A DNA stretch of 32,000 nucleotides from Candidatus Saccharimonadota bacterium (GTDB taxonomy: Bacteria; Bacteroidota; Bacteroidia; Cytophagales; Amoebophilaceae), in assembly GCF_965196625.1 (NCBI RefSeq), contig NZ_OZ239769.1, forward strand, positions 390,001 to 422,000, written 5' to 3'. The notes under the pieces are model-generated. The model was given only the letters and a program-made list of their open reading frames with translations. It was not told the DNA's origin and did no database searches. Both the position numbers and the translations under genes were made by a program. Each line of letters opens with the position of its first letter. Position 1 is the stretch's first letter. Below, in pieces: positions 7,925-17,643 of this stretch.

Positions 7925-8914
7925 TTAATTGGTTTCTGGCTCATAACAAGCTACCTGATGATTTTCCCCTTCGGTTTGAACCAGTGCTGGATGAACGTTA
8001 CCACATTGTGCGGTAGCTTTCCAGCAACGTGGATGAAAATAACAACCACTAGGCAGCGCACTTGGGTTTGGCACATCTCCTTGTAGGATAATCCGTTCTT
8101 TGTGCTTAGATGGGTGAATCGTCGGTATAGCCGAAAAAAGAGCTTTCGTATAGGGATGTTTAGGATTTTTATAAATTTCTGTTGCGGGAGCAGCTTCTAC
8201 AATTTTTCCTAAATACATCACGGCAACATGATGGGCTATAAATTCTACTACTCTTAAATCGTGTGAAATAAAAAGATAGCTTAACCCTAGTTCTTTTTGC
8301 AAATCCATTAAAAGATTGATCACCTGAGCTTGTACGGAAACATCTAAGGCTGCAATTGCTTCGTCGCAAACCATAAAGGTAGGCTCAACGGCCAATGCTC
8401 TGGCTATACAAATGCGCTGGCGTTGACCTCCAGAAAGTTCATGAGGGTATTTGTACAAAATAGCACTAGGCAGTTGGACATAATCAAGTAGTTGATGGAT
8501 GCGATGGGTAGATGCCACTTTGCTATCGGATAGCTGATGAATTTTTATGGGTTCCTCCAGGATTTGCCTAATAGCCATTCTAGGATTCAAAGCAGCATAA
8601 GGATCTTGAAAAATAATTTGCATTTTTCTGCGTATACGCCGCATCTGCCTAGCGCTACAGTGGGTAATATCTACCCCATCAAAAATAATACGCCCACTGG
8701 TAGGCTCAATCAAGCGCAAAATGGTTCTACCGAGTGTAGTTTTACCGCAACCAGATTCTCCTACTAAGCCCAATGTCTCTCCCTTGTATAGGGTAAAACT
8801 GATATCATTCACAGCAGAGACCTTACCCACTGTATGGCCTAAGAGCTGATGTTTAAGAGGAAAGGTCTTGCAAAGGTGATCTACCTCTAATAAAACTTTT
8901 TTACTGGTTTGCAT
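7925..8914 (-). CDS. oppF: Oligopeptide/dipeptide ABC transporter ATP-binding protein
   Basis: Walker A GESGCGKTT, signature LSGGQRQR and Walker B FMVCDEAIAALD are present. A Cys-rich Opp/Dpp C-terminal extension (CYFHPRCWKATAQC) follows. Opp and Dpp cannot be separated by eye. Confidence 0.85.
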   Translation of the reverse strand: MQTSKKVLLEVDHLCKTFPLKHQLLGHTVGKVSAVNDISFTLYKGETLGLVGESGCGKTTLGRTILRLIEPTSGRIIFDGVDITHCSARQMRRIRRKMQIIFQDPYAALNPRMAIRQILEEPIKIHQLSDSKVASTHRIHQLLDYVQLPSAILYKYPHELSGGQRQRICIARALAVEPTFMVCDEAIAALDVSVQAQVINLLMDLQKELGLSYLFISHDLRVVEFIAHHVAVMYLGKIVEAAPATEIYKNPKHPYTKALFSAIPTIHPSKHKERIILQGDVPNPSALPSGCYFHPRCWKATAQCGNVHPALVQTEGENHQVACYEPETN

Positions 8915-8918
8915 ACCT

Positions 8919-9911
8919 TTACAATTTAGTGCGATCTTGTAGCGGATAAAAACAGGCTACAGAATGGCCAGCATTCGTTTCTTGAAGGCGTGGTCTATGG
9001 GCCCTGCATCGATCCTGTACATTAGGGCAACGGTCTTGAAAGGAACAGCCGATGGGCAGATCTGATAAAGGAGGCACCACGCCATCAATGGTGCGTAATC
9101 TATAGACTGGACTACTACCAGGTAAGGGGGGAATCGCATCCAATAAGGCCTGTGTATAGGGATGTAGCGGTGCATTAAAAATAGTTTCTACTGCGCTCTT
9201 TTCGACAATACTACCGCTATACATGACGGCTACTTCATCACATACTTCAGCTACTATTCCAAGGTCATGGGTAATCAGTATAATACTCATATTTTTTTCT
9301 ACTTGAAGCCTTTGGATAAGATCCATAATTTGCGCCTGAGTGGTCACATCTAAAGCAGTAGTAGGTTCATCGGCAATCAATACAGATGGACCACAAGCCA
9401 ATGCAATCGCAATCATGACCCGTTGCCGCATGCCACCTGAAATCTGATGGGGATATTCAAGCATGCGCTGATGGGGAGCGGATATACCGACTAGGGTTAG
9501 CAAGGCTATACAGCGTATTTTTGCCTCTTTTGGTGGAACCTGTTGATGCAACTGAATGGTTTCCATAATCTGTTCCCCAATGGTAAAAACTGGGTTGAGT
9601 GCGGTCATAGGTTCCTGAAAAATCATGGAGATACGATTGCCACGTATTTCTTGGATCTCTTTTAGCGACAGTTGTAAAATATCTTTTCCTTCTAGGAAAA
9701 TACCCTGTGCAGTAATGGTACCCACAGGCGGTTCAATCAATCGCATCAGGGAAAGGGCCATGGCTGATTTACCAGATCCAGATTCTCCAACAATGGCTAA
9801 TGAACGACCAGAAAAAAGGTCAAAAGAAACATTATTGACCACTGTTGTCATTTTTTTGCCCGTATAATACTGCGTTATTAAATTTTTAACTTCAAGAATT
9901 TTTTCTTCCAT
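8919..9911 (-). CDS. oppD: Oligopeptide/dipeptide ABC transporter ATP-binding protein
   Basis: Walker A GESGSGKS, signature ISGGMRQR and Walker [12 protein letters not shown] are present. The C-terminal extension is [14 protein letters not shown]. Confidence 0.85.
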   Translation of the reverse strand: MEEKILEVKNLITQYYTGKKMTTVVNNVSFDLFSGRSLAIVGESGSGKSAMALSLMRLIEPPVGTITAQGIFLEGKDILQLSLKEIQEIRGNRISMIFQEPMTALNPVFTIGEQIMETIQLHQQVPPKEAKIRCIALLTLVGISAPHQRMLEYPHQISGGMRQRVMIAIALACGPSVLIADEPTTALDVTTQAQIMDLIQRLQVEKNMSIILITHDLGIVAEVCDEVAVMYSGSIVEKSAVETIFNAPLHPYTQALLDAIPPLPGSSPVYRLRTIDGVVPPLSDLPIGCSFQDRCPNVQDRCRAHRPRLQETNAGHSVACFYPLQDRTKL

Positions 9912-9913
9912 GT

Positions 9914-10774
9914 TTATCGACCTTTTAACTTCGGATCTAGTAGATCCCGCAACGCATCCGCTAAGATATTAAATACAAGAACCAGTAAAAACATAGCCAT
10001 TGTGGCAAAAAAAAGCTCCCACCAAATACCTCTTAATAATCCTGATCTGGCATCACTAATCATAATGCCCCAACTCGGTTTGTTTTGAATGCCCATACCC
10101 AGATAAGAAAGGATTACTTCATATTTAATCGCAGTTTGGAAAACCAAAGAAAACTGATAGATAATTAAGGGAAGCATATTGGGCAATAGGTGTACAAAAA
10201 TCTTACGCGCACTACTGGCGCCAATCGCTGAAGCTGCCTGCATATATTCTCTAGCCTTATGCCGCATCACCTCGCCTCGAACCAAACGACAAGTTTCGGT
10301 CCATTCGATTATGATCAGTGCGATACAAATGGTCTGCATACCTTTTCCCAACACAAAGGCAACCGCCATCAGTAAAATCATTGTGGGAATAGACGTAACA
10401 ACGGTATAGAGCCAAACGATGCATGCATCGAGTATCCCACCAAAATAACCAGCTAGTATACCAAAGGTAGCGCCAATCACAACCGCCCATAAGGCTACTA
10501 CAAAGCCCACACGCATGGCTACTTCAGCACCATGTAATACCTTAGCCAAGACGCTTCTACCCAAGACATCTGTACCAAAATAATGCAGACCATTAGGTTG
10601 TTGATAGGAGGCACCCACTTCTGCCTGCCAATCCGCTGCCAGCCAGCCTATTTTAGTCAATAGGGCTACTAGGGCATAGCCTAATAGGGTCAAAAAACAA
10701 AAAAGGTTTAATGTATTACCTAATAAAGCTTTTTTACTAAAACCAAACTGATGTAATAGGTTATGTTTATGCAT
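9914..10774 (-). CDS. oppC: Oligopeptide/dipeptide ABC transporter permease
   Basis: 286-aa multi-pass membrane ORF with an EAA-type loop (YMQAASAIGASSARKIFVHLLPN). Its position between the B-type permease and the ATPases supports the call. Confidence 0.8.
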   Translation of the reverse strand: MHKHNLLHQFGFSKKALLGNTLNLFCFLTLLGYALVALLTKIGWLAADWQAEVGASYQQPNGLHYFGTDVLGRSVLAKVLHGAEVAMRVGFVVALWAVVIGATFGILAGYFGGILDACIVWLYTVVTSIPTMILLMAVAFVLGKGMQTICIALIIIEWTETCRLVRGEVMRHKAREYMQAASAIGASSARKIFVHLLPNMLPLIIYQFSLVFQTAIKYEVILSYLGMGIQNKPSWGIMISDARSGLLRGIWWELFFATMAMFLLVLVFNILADALRDLLDPKLKGR

Positions 10775-10781
10775 AGCGCTT

Positions 10782-11720
10782 CTATAATTTTACGCGTGGA
10801 TCAACCAAAGTATACAAGAGGTCACCGACTGTATTGCACAATACACTGAGTACGGCTCCTATTATAGTAGCGGCTTTAATCGTTGGAAAATCACAACGGC
10901 TTATCGCATCGATCACCACGTTACCGAGCCCTGGTATGCCGAAAAAATTCTCGATTACTACAGAGCCAAATAATAAGGAGGGCAAATCCTTTACAAGGGT
11001 GGTAATAATAGGCACCATTAGATTTTTCAAGACATGTTTAAATAAAACGACCTCTTCATCTAGCCCCTTTGCCCGTGCGGTACGCACGTAGTCTTGATAC
11101 ATTTCTTCCAATATAATGGTTCTATAAAACCGATAGTGATAACAAAAATGAAGCAATACCAGAATAATCGTTGGCAAAGTAATGTAAGGGATAGTGGCCA
11201 AAAGGCCTTTTTCATAACCCGTTATTGGAAAAATCCTTAGCTTACAAGCAAAAAACAGCTGACCTATTAGAATATAAACCAATACGGAAATACTGGTCAT
11301 TACAATACAAGTGACGACCAAAAGGCGGTCCCAAATGGTCCTCCTATATCGGGTCATCCAAAGGGCAACAGATATCACCAAGCCATTGCCTATTAAAAAA
11401 GCGGGTAAGGTAACGGTTAAAGAAACCAGTCCACCTGCCTGAAATGTTTTTAAAATGTACTGCTTGGTGGTCCAAGAGTAGCCAAAGTTAAAGGTAAAAG
11501 CAGATTTTAAAACCTCCCAGTACTGAATGTACCAAGGTTGATCTAAACCCAGATCACGGGCAAGTAGCGCCATGGCTTCTGGTGTAGCATACTTACCTAA
11601 TAAAATTAAAGTAGGGTCTTCTACGAGAATATTAAAGATAATAAAGACTAAAAAAGTAGCACCTATAATAACTGAAAGTGCATCACGCAACTTTCTTAGA
11701 AGATATAAAAAAAGAGGCAT
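10782..11720 (-). CDS. oppB: Oligopeptide/dipeptide ABC transporter permease
   Basis: Multi-pass membrane ORF with the EAA loop YVRTARAKGLDEEVVLFKHVLKN. The ORF is open to 11768, but MPLFLYLLRKLRDA (ATG at 11720) matches the usual OppB/DppB N-terminus, so I prefer that start. Confidence 0.8.
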   Translation of the reverse strand: MPLFLYLLRKLRDALSVIIGATFLVFIIFNILVEDPTLILLGKYATPEAMALLARDLGLDQPWYIQYWEVLKSAFTFNFGYSWTTKQYILKTFQAGGLVSLTVTLPAFLIGNGLVISVALWMTRYRRTIWDRLLVVTCIVMTSISVLVYILIGQLFFACKLRIFPITGYEKGLLATIPYITLPTIILVLLHFCYHYRFYRTIILEEMYQDYVRTARAKGLDEEVVLFKHVLKNLMVPIITTLVKDLPSLLFGSVVIENFFGIPGLGNVVIDAISRCDFPTIKAATIIGAVLSVLCNTVGDLLYTLVDPRVKL

Positions 11721-11865
11721 GACAAAAATGAAAGAGTGTTTACCCTTCGTGTAAACGACCTCTTCCATTTACCTACATAGATGCAGTTTAACAGCATAGA
11801 TGCAGCAATAAAGACAAACAAAAGATTGAAGCTGTATGATACCCGAAGGGGAAGATACGAATGGC

Positions 11866-13617
11866 CTACTTGGTCGCTTTGACCTTTGCAGCCATATCAA
11901 CGCCAATATATTGATCTAGAGATGGACAAAAGTCATTACAAGCTACATTTTTAATCCAGTTGTAATGGAGGTATTGCTCAGAGGCATGCAATGCATAAAT
12001 CATAGGCACTTCCTCACTGACTATTTTATTTAACTCTATATACAACGCTTGCCTTTTCGCACCATCGAGTGTAGTCATAGCTTCATGAAACAATGCATTA
12101 AAATGCGCATTTTCATAGAATAAACCACACAATGCTTTGTTAGAAATCATTTCTAAAAATGCAGAAGGTTCTGGATAATCAGCTTGCCATCCCAATAGGT
12201 GCATCATAGTACTCCCCTTAGCAATTTTAATCCAGTGTTCTGCGGGCACATTGGTTACTACTTGAATTTTTATACCAATATTGGCCATACATTTGGCAAA
12301 AAATTCTGCTTTATCTTTAGAACTGGTTCCAATAATGGCATCAAGTGTAATACAAGGCAACCCTTCTCCATCCGGATAACCTGCTTTAGCCAAATAGGTT
12401 TTTGCACGCTCAAGATCATAACTATACGACGAAGTCAAAGCATTGCCCTCACCCATTAAAAGAGGAGGCACGAGGGAATGTGCTACCTGCGCATTACCTT
12501 TATAAAAAATTTGGTTATAGGTTGCCCTATCAAAAGCCATAGACATCGCCTGCCTTAAATAGGTGTTTTTAAATAGTTCATGGCTATGGTTAAAAGCAAA
12601 AAACTGAACATTTGCACTAGGCGCTTGCACCAAAACCAGCCCTTTTTTACTCCATTCTGGTAAAAGGGCATTATTTTCAACCATATTCAATGCAATACTA
12701 GATCCAGTAATAAGCGATATATCGAGCTCTTTACTTTCTAACTTTAACGCAAGTGGCTGCTCTTCAGTAATAATATCTGTCACTACCTTATCTACCAAAG
12801 GTAATCTTTTACCACCATAAGCAGCTATCATAGATTGATAGGCTGCATCCCCATCAGAAGGGAATAGTTTTGCTCTAAAGGAAGGATTCTTTAGAAAAGT
12901 CAACTGCTTGGCTTGCGGATTAAACCCACCTTCTAGGACAAAGGGACCTGTACCTACCGGATGGTTTAAAAAGGCATCCCCATACTGCATGACTGCTTCT
13001 TTAGCGACGACAAAAGCAACCGGCATGGCTAAAAAGTTCAAAAAAGTTGGCCAAGGCTCTGTAAGGGTAACTTGCAGGGTATAGTCATCCAATGCTTTTA
13101 ACCCCTCTACCTCTTGCGTGTAATCTGATTGTGCTTGTTGCTTCCATGCATCCAATCCTTTTATTTTACCATCTATAAAAGCACGATAAGGCACTGTAGT
13201 GTTCTTAGGGTCTACCAACTTTTTTAAGCTAAAAACAAAATCAGCTGCTTTGAGTGTTCGACCTTTTCCATTTGGGAAACAAGGATCATCCTGAAATAGG
13301 ACACCTTGTTTGATTTTAAAGGTATACACCAAACCATCTGGAGAAACAGAAGGCATCTCCTCAGCAAGATTGGGTACCAATTGGAAAGGCCTTTTTAAAT
13401 AATGATAGGCATACAAACCTTCATAGATTTTACTAACCACCTCTATAGAATATTTATCATCTAATCTTATTGGATCCGTACCATTAGTGGTAGATAGGGT
13501 AACGTTGTTTAACGTGGGGGTAGCCAACAGCTTTTGCTCTTTTTTGTGCTCTTGATAGTAGATAGAAGCAAAAACCCATACAGCCATCAATAACAATATT
13601 GTCCGTTTACTAATCAT
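11866..13617 (-). CDS. oppA: ABC transporter substrate-binding protein, family 5 (peptide-binding)
   Basis: 583-aa ORF with an N-terminal hydrophobic signal/anchor (MISKRTILLLMAVWVFASI). Its size and its position at the head of the oppBCDF genes fit a peptide-binding protein. Confidence 0.75.
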   Translation of the reverse strand: MISKRTILLLMAVWVFASIYYQEHKKEQKLLATPTLNNVTLSTTNGTDPIRLDDKYSIEVVSKIYEGLYAYHYLKRPFQLVPNLAEEMPSVSPDGLVYTFKIKQGVLFQDDPCFPNGKGRTLKAADFVFSLKKLVDPKNTTVPYRAFIDGKIKGLDAWKQQAQSDYTQEVEGLKALDDYTLQVTLTEPWPTFLNFLAMPVAFVVAKEAVMQYGDAFLNHPVGTGPFVLEGGFNPQAKQLTFLKNPSFRAKLFPSDGDAAYQSMIAAYGGKRLPLVDKVVTDIITEEQPLALKLESKELDISLITGSSIALNMVENNALLPEWSKKGLVLVQAPSANVQFFAFNHSHELFKNTYLRQAMSMAFDRATYNQIFYKGNAQVAHSLVPPLLMGEGNALTSSYSYDLERAKTYLAKAGYPDGEGLPCITLDAIIGTSSKDKAEFFAKCMANIGIKIQVVTNVPAEHWIKIAKGSTMMHLLGWQADYPEPSAFLEMISNKALCGLFYENAHFNALFHEAMTTLDGAKRQALYIELNKIVSEEVPMIYALHASEQYLHYNWIKNVACNDFCPSLDQYIGVDMAAKVKATK

Positions 13618-13848
13618 AATAAATTATTTATAATGTTTATACATTTAAGCTAAAAAATTATAAGCCAACCCCAATCCCAATTAGGATAACAGCGCTAATG
13701 TTAAGGGTTTCAGCTCAATAAATCATAATATCAATAAAGCCACAATGAGTATGCAATTTAATTTATTTTAATTTAATAAACAACTGAAGAGGCATTTATA
13801 TGCTGTTTTTTCCTTGATCAAAAAGCCATCCAAGCAATCAAGCGCTAA

Positions 13849-14101
13849 TGGAAAAAGCCTATCTATATCACCTTGATAACCAACAATTATAAGGGGGGAA
13901 ACAGCCTTACTTATTGCACTAAAAGAGGATGATCTGAAAGTTGCTATCATTTTGATAAAAAATGGAACAAATCTCTGTAAGGTTGATGAAAATGGTAAAA
14001 AGGATGAAAATAGTAAAAAGATAGAAGACCATATAAACAAAGTGTTAAAAGAGTCCAGGATACTGGTGGGAAAAGAGGAAAGAGAAATGTTAATATTATA
14101 A
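13849..14101 (+). pseudogene. Ankyrin-repeat gene remnant (no start codon, frameshifted)
   Basis: Own translation of 13880-14101 gives PTIIRGETALLIALKEDDLKVAIILIKNGTNLCKVDENGKKDENSKKIEDHINKVLKESRILVGKEEREMLIL*. This contains a clean ankyrin repeat core. The upstream continuation (WKKPIYITLITNNYKG) is in another frame and joins if one G is removed from the G6 run at 13893-13898. There is no ATG, and a TAA lies at 13846-13848. Confidence 0.55.
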
Positions 14102-14214
14102 AAGAAATGTGGAATAATGCGCAGGAAAAGTATAAATCGGAAAGACCGATTAATCAGCACTTTGATAGGACTACGTCCAAAAAGAAAAAAAACGACTCAT
14201 AAAATAGTTGCGAT

Positions 14215-14253
14215 CTGAAAGCTCAGGTATAAGCTGAGCTTTCAGCAGTTTTT
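14215..14253 (+). terminator. Rho-independent terminator (plus strand; downstream of the ankyrin remnant)
   Basis: A perfect 12-bp stem CTGAAAGCTCAG / CTGAGCTTTCAG with loop GTATAAG lies at 14215-14245. It is followed by CAGTTTTTG. Confidence 0.65.
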
Positions 14254-14338
14254 GCACCAGCGCTTGATTTTTTGTAGACTTTCTGATCAAGAAAAAATGG
14301 AACCCTAAATGCTTAGCGTACATAGGCATCAATGTATA

Positions 14339-15121
14339 CTATAACATGCCTACATAAGCATTGGTCTTTTTGACAATGCCTTTATGGCTATTGCGTATAA
14401 AAGCAAGAATCATCTCTTTTTCTTGCACATCGGCTACCTGCTTATCGACCTCTTCTAAGGCCAATGGCAATAATAATTGACTATGGTAAATCAAACGGTA
14501 GGCGTGGTATATGGTATAGCATTGTTCTTTGGTAAAGCCATGTCGCTGTAATGCAACGAGGTTGATGCCACAATAGCGTAGTGGCTCTCGACCTACTTTA
14601 ATAAAAGGAGGAACATCCTTCCGCACAATACTTTTAGAAGCAACCATACTATAGACCCCTACCCGCATAAATTGATGGACCGCTGCCATACCGCCTACTA
14701 CAGCATGGTGGTGGAGTTGGACATGGCCTGCCAATTGTGCTGCATTGGTAACCGTCACATAATCTTCAACCACACAATCATGGGCCACATGTACATAAGC
14801 CATAAGCAATACATGCGCTCCTATAATTGTATTGCCAACGGTGCCTCTATTCAGGGTAACAAATTCACGTATAACGGTATGATCCCCGACTTCCACATAA
14901 GTGTTTAAAGTGGATGACTTGCGATCTTGTGACCGCGCACCAATAACCGCACCTGGAAAAATCTGGCAGTTTTTTCCAATACGGCTCCCGGACATAATGG
15001 TCACATGGGGGGCGATATAGGTGCCATCACCTACTACCACATCTTCCTGAATCGTTACAAAACTGCCTATGGTTACTGCCTTGCCTAGCCTAGCACTAGG
15101 ATGGATATCAGACTGTTTCAT
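14339..15121 (-). CDS. lpxA: UDP-N-acetylglucosamine O-acyltransferase
   Basis: Left-handed beta-helix hexapeptide repeats run throughout, followed by a helical C-terminal domain. The ORF is open to 15172, but MKQSDIHPSARLG (ATG at 15121) gives the normal ~260-aa length. That start overlaps the lpxC-fabZ stop by 14 nt. The gene lies in an lpxD-lpxC/fabZ-lpxA cluster. Confidence 0.88.
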   Translation of the reverse strand: MKQSDIHPSARLGKAVTIGSFVTIQEDVVVGDGTYIAPHVTIMSGSRIGKNCQIFPGAVIGARSQDRKSSTLNTYVEVGDHTVIREFVTLNRGTVGNTIIGAHVLLMAYVHVAHDCVVEDYVTVTNAAQLAGHVQLHHHAVVGGMAAVHQFMRVGVYSMVASKSIVRKDVPPFIKVGREPLRYCGINLVALQRHGFTKEQCYTIYHAYRLIYHSQLLLPLALEEVDKQVADVQEKEMILAFIRNSHKGIVKKTNAYVGML

Positions 15122-16532
15122 GTTGTTTGACAATTTGAGCCAATAAGACTGCCTCGCACGCCAAATGTTCACCTACAAAAATACGTCCTTTTACTTTTGC
15201 AATGCCTACAGACTGCTTTTCAGTAGTACTAAATTTTATATCTGCAAGCAATGTGCAATGCAATACAAGCGTATCTCCAGGTACCACTATGCGACGGAAT
15301 TTACACCCATCAATAGAAAGAAAATAGGTAAGATAATCAGACGGATCTGGTACTTTATGCAAGATCAAGATACCACCAGTTTGTGCCAATGCCTCTACCT
15401 GTAGCACGCCAGGCATAACAGGCGTTCCAGGAAAATGTCCCTGAAAAAAGGGCTCATTCATCGTTACATTTTTAACCCCAATTATATAGGAGTCACCAAG
15501 CTCCATAATCTTATCTACCAATTGAAAAGGATAGCGATGGGGTAGCATTTTACTGATCTGCTTTACATCAAAAAGTGGGGTAGCCTGCAGATCACAAATG
15601 GGGGCGCCTTTGGATTCTTGCCTCAGCAAATGGTTTTTTAAAGCAGTGACAAAAGCTATATTGACACCATGCCCAGGCATATCGGCAACCAGCTTGGCTT
15701 GTAAAGGTCTACCCAGCAAAGCTAGATCGCCCATAAGGTCTAATAACTTATGGCGTGCTGGTTCATTGATATAGCGTAAGAAAGATGCACTGGTGGGATC
15801 AGGTGTTACCAAATGGTTAATCGTTTTACCGGATAGTTCGGTCACCTGCTGCAGCCATGCGCTATGATCAGCATGATCAGAGAAAATAACCGCTTTGGCA
15901 GGATCTCCTCCCTGTAATAACCCTTTTTGATACAAAGCAGTGATTTCATCTAAATAGATAAAAGTACGGGCTGGCGCAACCTCTTTTTTAAAATCAGCTA
16001 ATGTGGCAAGGCTGGCATATTGATGGCCAATCGGCCACCTATTGTAGGCAATGGTTACATGCAAGTTGTACGTTGTATCGGGATAGACTTCATAATGGCT
16101 TCCGGTATCAGGGTCATCATAGATAAACTTTTCTTTGAGTTTAAAAAACTGTCGTGGCGCTTCTTGTTGCAGCAATCCTGCCTCTAATAGAAGTTCTACA
16201 AAAGCCAACGCACTACCATCTAAATCTGGCACCTCTGGTCCATCTAGTTGAATGGCAATGTTATCAATTTGCAACCCTATAACCGCTGCCAATAGATGTT
16301 CTACCGTAGCCACCCCTGCTTGACCTTTTTCAAGAACGGTACCTCTTTCTGTTTGGATTACATGGATTACAGAGGCCTCTATAAAAGGCTGATCGGGCAG
16401 ATCCATCCGTTGAAATTGTATACCTGTATCAATAGGCATAGGGGTGAATGTAACCTTAACCTTTCTACCCGTATGGAGCCCAATGCCTTCAAAGCAAATG
16501 GTTCGTTGAATAGTCTGTTGTTGGTGTTGCAT
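15108..16532 (-). CDS. lpxC-fabZ: Bifunctional UDP-3-O-acyl-GlcNAc deacetylase / 3-hydroxyacyl-ACP dehydratase
   Basis: 474-aa ORF. The N-terminal half is LpxC-like (TICFEGIGLHTGRKV..., ATVEHLLAA). The C-terminal half is a FabZ hot-dog fold (LPHRYPFQLVDKI, FFQGHFPGTPVMPGVL). This fusion is characteristic of Bacteroidota. Confidence 0.9.
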   Translation of the reverse strand: MQHQQQTIQRTICFEGIGLHTGRKVKVTFTPMPIDTGIQFQRMDLPDQPFIEASVIHVIQTERGTVLEKGQAGVATVEHLLAAVIGLQIDNIAIQLDGPEVPDLDGSALAFVELLLEAGLLQQEAPRQFFKLKEKFIYDDPDTGSHYEVYPDTTYNLHVTIAYNRWPIGHQYASLATLADFKKEVAPARTFIYLDEITALYQKGLLQGGDPAKAVIFSDHADHSAWLQQVTELSGKTINHLVTPDPTSASFLRYINEPARHKLLDLMGDLALLGRPLQAKLVADMPGHGVNIAFVTALKNHLLRQESKGAPICDLQATPLFDVKQISKMLPHRYPFQLVDKIMELGDSYIIGVKNVTMNEPFFQGHFPGTPVMPGVLQVEALAQTGGILILHKVPDPSDYLTYFLSIDGCKFRRIVVPGDTLVLHCTLLADIKFSTTEKQSVGIAKVKGRIFVGEHLACEAVLLAQIVKQHETV

Positions 16533-16567
16533 CGTATGTAGAAGATTTTTTATAAAAAAGTGGTCTG

Positions 16568-17566
16568 CTACTTTTTAGATGATGCTAGATTTTTAAACTG
16601 AGCGTAGCAAGATAAAAATTTTTTATTTTCAAAAGCAGGTGTACCAGAAAGGGTAATAGCGCCTTTCGGAAAAGATCGGGTAATACCAGCTCGACCAATC
16701 GCTGTAATATGATCTCCCAAACGGAGGTGACCGGCAATACCTGTTTGACCACCCAGCCTACAATAGTTCCCTATCTTAGTGGACCCTGCGATCCCTACTT
16801 GCGCTGCAATACCGGTATGCTTTCCTATTTGCACATTATGCGCAACCTGAACCAAATTATCTATTTTGCTTCCTTTTCCTACTATAGTGCTACCTAGGGT
16901 AGCCGCATCTATAGTGGTATTGGCACCAATTTCCACTTCATCCTCTAAACGCACATTACCGACCGAAGGAATAGCTTTGTAGCTGCCATCTGAACGGCTT
17001 AAAAAGCCAAAACCTGCACTACCAATTACAGCGCCGGCATGGATGATACATCGGTTGCCTATCTCGGTATAAGCTTCTATTTTAGCCCCACTATAGAGGG
17101 TTGTATCATCACCAATGGTTACATAATCGCCCACATAAACATGTGGATAAATTTTTACCCCTTTGCCTATAACCACATGGTGGCCAATATAGGAAAAAGC
17201 CCCTCGGTAAATATTTTCGCCTACGGTTACTCCTTTCCCTATATAAGAGGGAAATTCTATAGCCGACTTAGGCGTAAGCCGCTGCTGGTGCACTTCCTCT
17301 ATAAGGAGGCAAAAACAACCATAAGGATCTTCGACGCCAATCAAGGCAGCTGCTACCGGCTCAACGGGTTTAAAATTTCTGGCTATCAAAATAGCAGAGG
17401 CTTTGGTTTGGTAAAAAGCAGTCGCATATCTCGCATCGGCAAAAAAAGCAATGCCGCCACAGGATCCCTCTTCTAAGCTACAGAGATGCGTTAATACTGC
17501 TTCCCTACTACCCCCTAATCGCACCCCATTAAACCGTTCTATTAATGCTGTTATGGTCCATTGCAT
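16568..17566 (-). CDS. lpxD: UDP-3-O-(3-hydroxyacyl)glucosamine N-acyltransferase
   Basis: 332-aa ORF with an N-terminal LpxD-type domain followed by a long hexapeptide-repeat beta-helix. It heads the lpx cluster. Confidence 0.85.
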   Translation of the reverse strand: MQWTITALIERFNGVRLGGSREAVLTHLCSLEEGSCGGIAFFADARYATAFYQTKASAILIARNFKPVEPVAAALIGVEDPYGCFCLLIEEVHQQRLTPKSAIEFPSYIGKGVTVGENIYRGAFSYIGHHVVIGKGVKIYPHVYVGDYVTIGDDTTLYSGAKIEAYTEIGNRCIIHAGAVIGSAGFGFLSRSDGSYKAIPSVGNVRLEDEVEIGANTTIDAATLGSTIVGKGSKIDNLVQVAHNVQIGKHTGIAAQVGIAGSTKIGNYCRLGGQTGIAGHLRLGDHITAIGRAGITRSFPKGAITLSGTPAFENKKFLSCYAQFKNLASSKK

Positions 17567-17643
17567 AATGGTTCGTTTAACTTAAGGAATATATATACTA
17601 TTTTTTGCTTGATAAACTGAAAAATACCTGATTTTTAGTGCAC

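Noticed and set aside
13768-14160. 130-aa minus-strand ORF from the track (MLINRSFRFILFLRIIPHFF...)
   Set aside because: It is an F/S/L-rich low-complexity sequence, typical of the antisense of a K/E/N-rich gene. The opposite strand encodes a recognisable ankyrin repeat followed by a plus-strand terminator, so the ORF is most likely a mirror artefact.
15122-15172. N-terminal extensions offered by the ORF track for lpxA (here), oppB (11721-11768), exbD (25846-25914), fabD (27725-27769), fabG (29449-29484) and the ankyrin gene (31561-31599)
   Set aside because: In each case an internal ATG reproduces the canonical family N-terminus or a proper signal peptide. The extension either overlaps the upstream gene or adds non-conserved residues.
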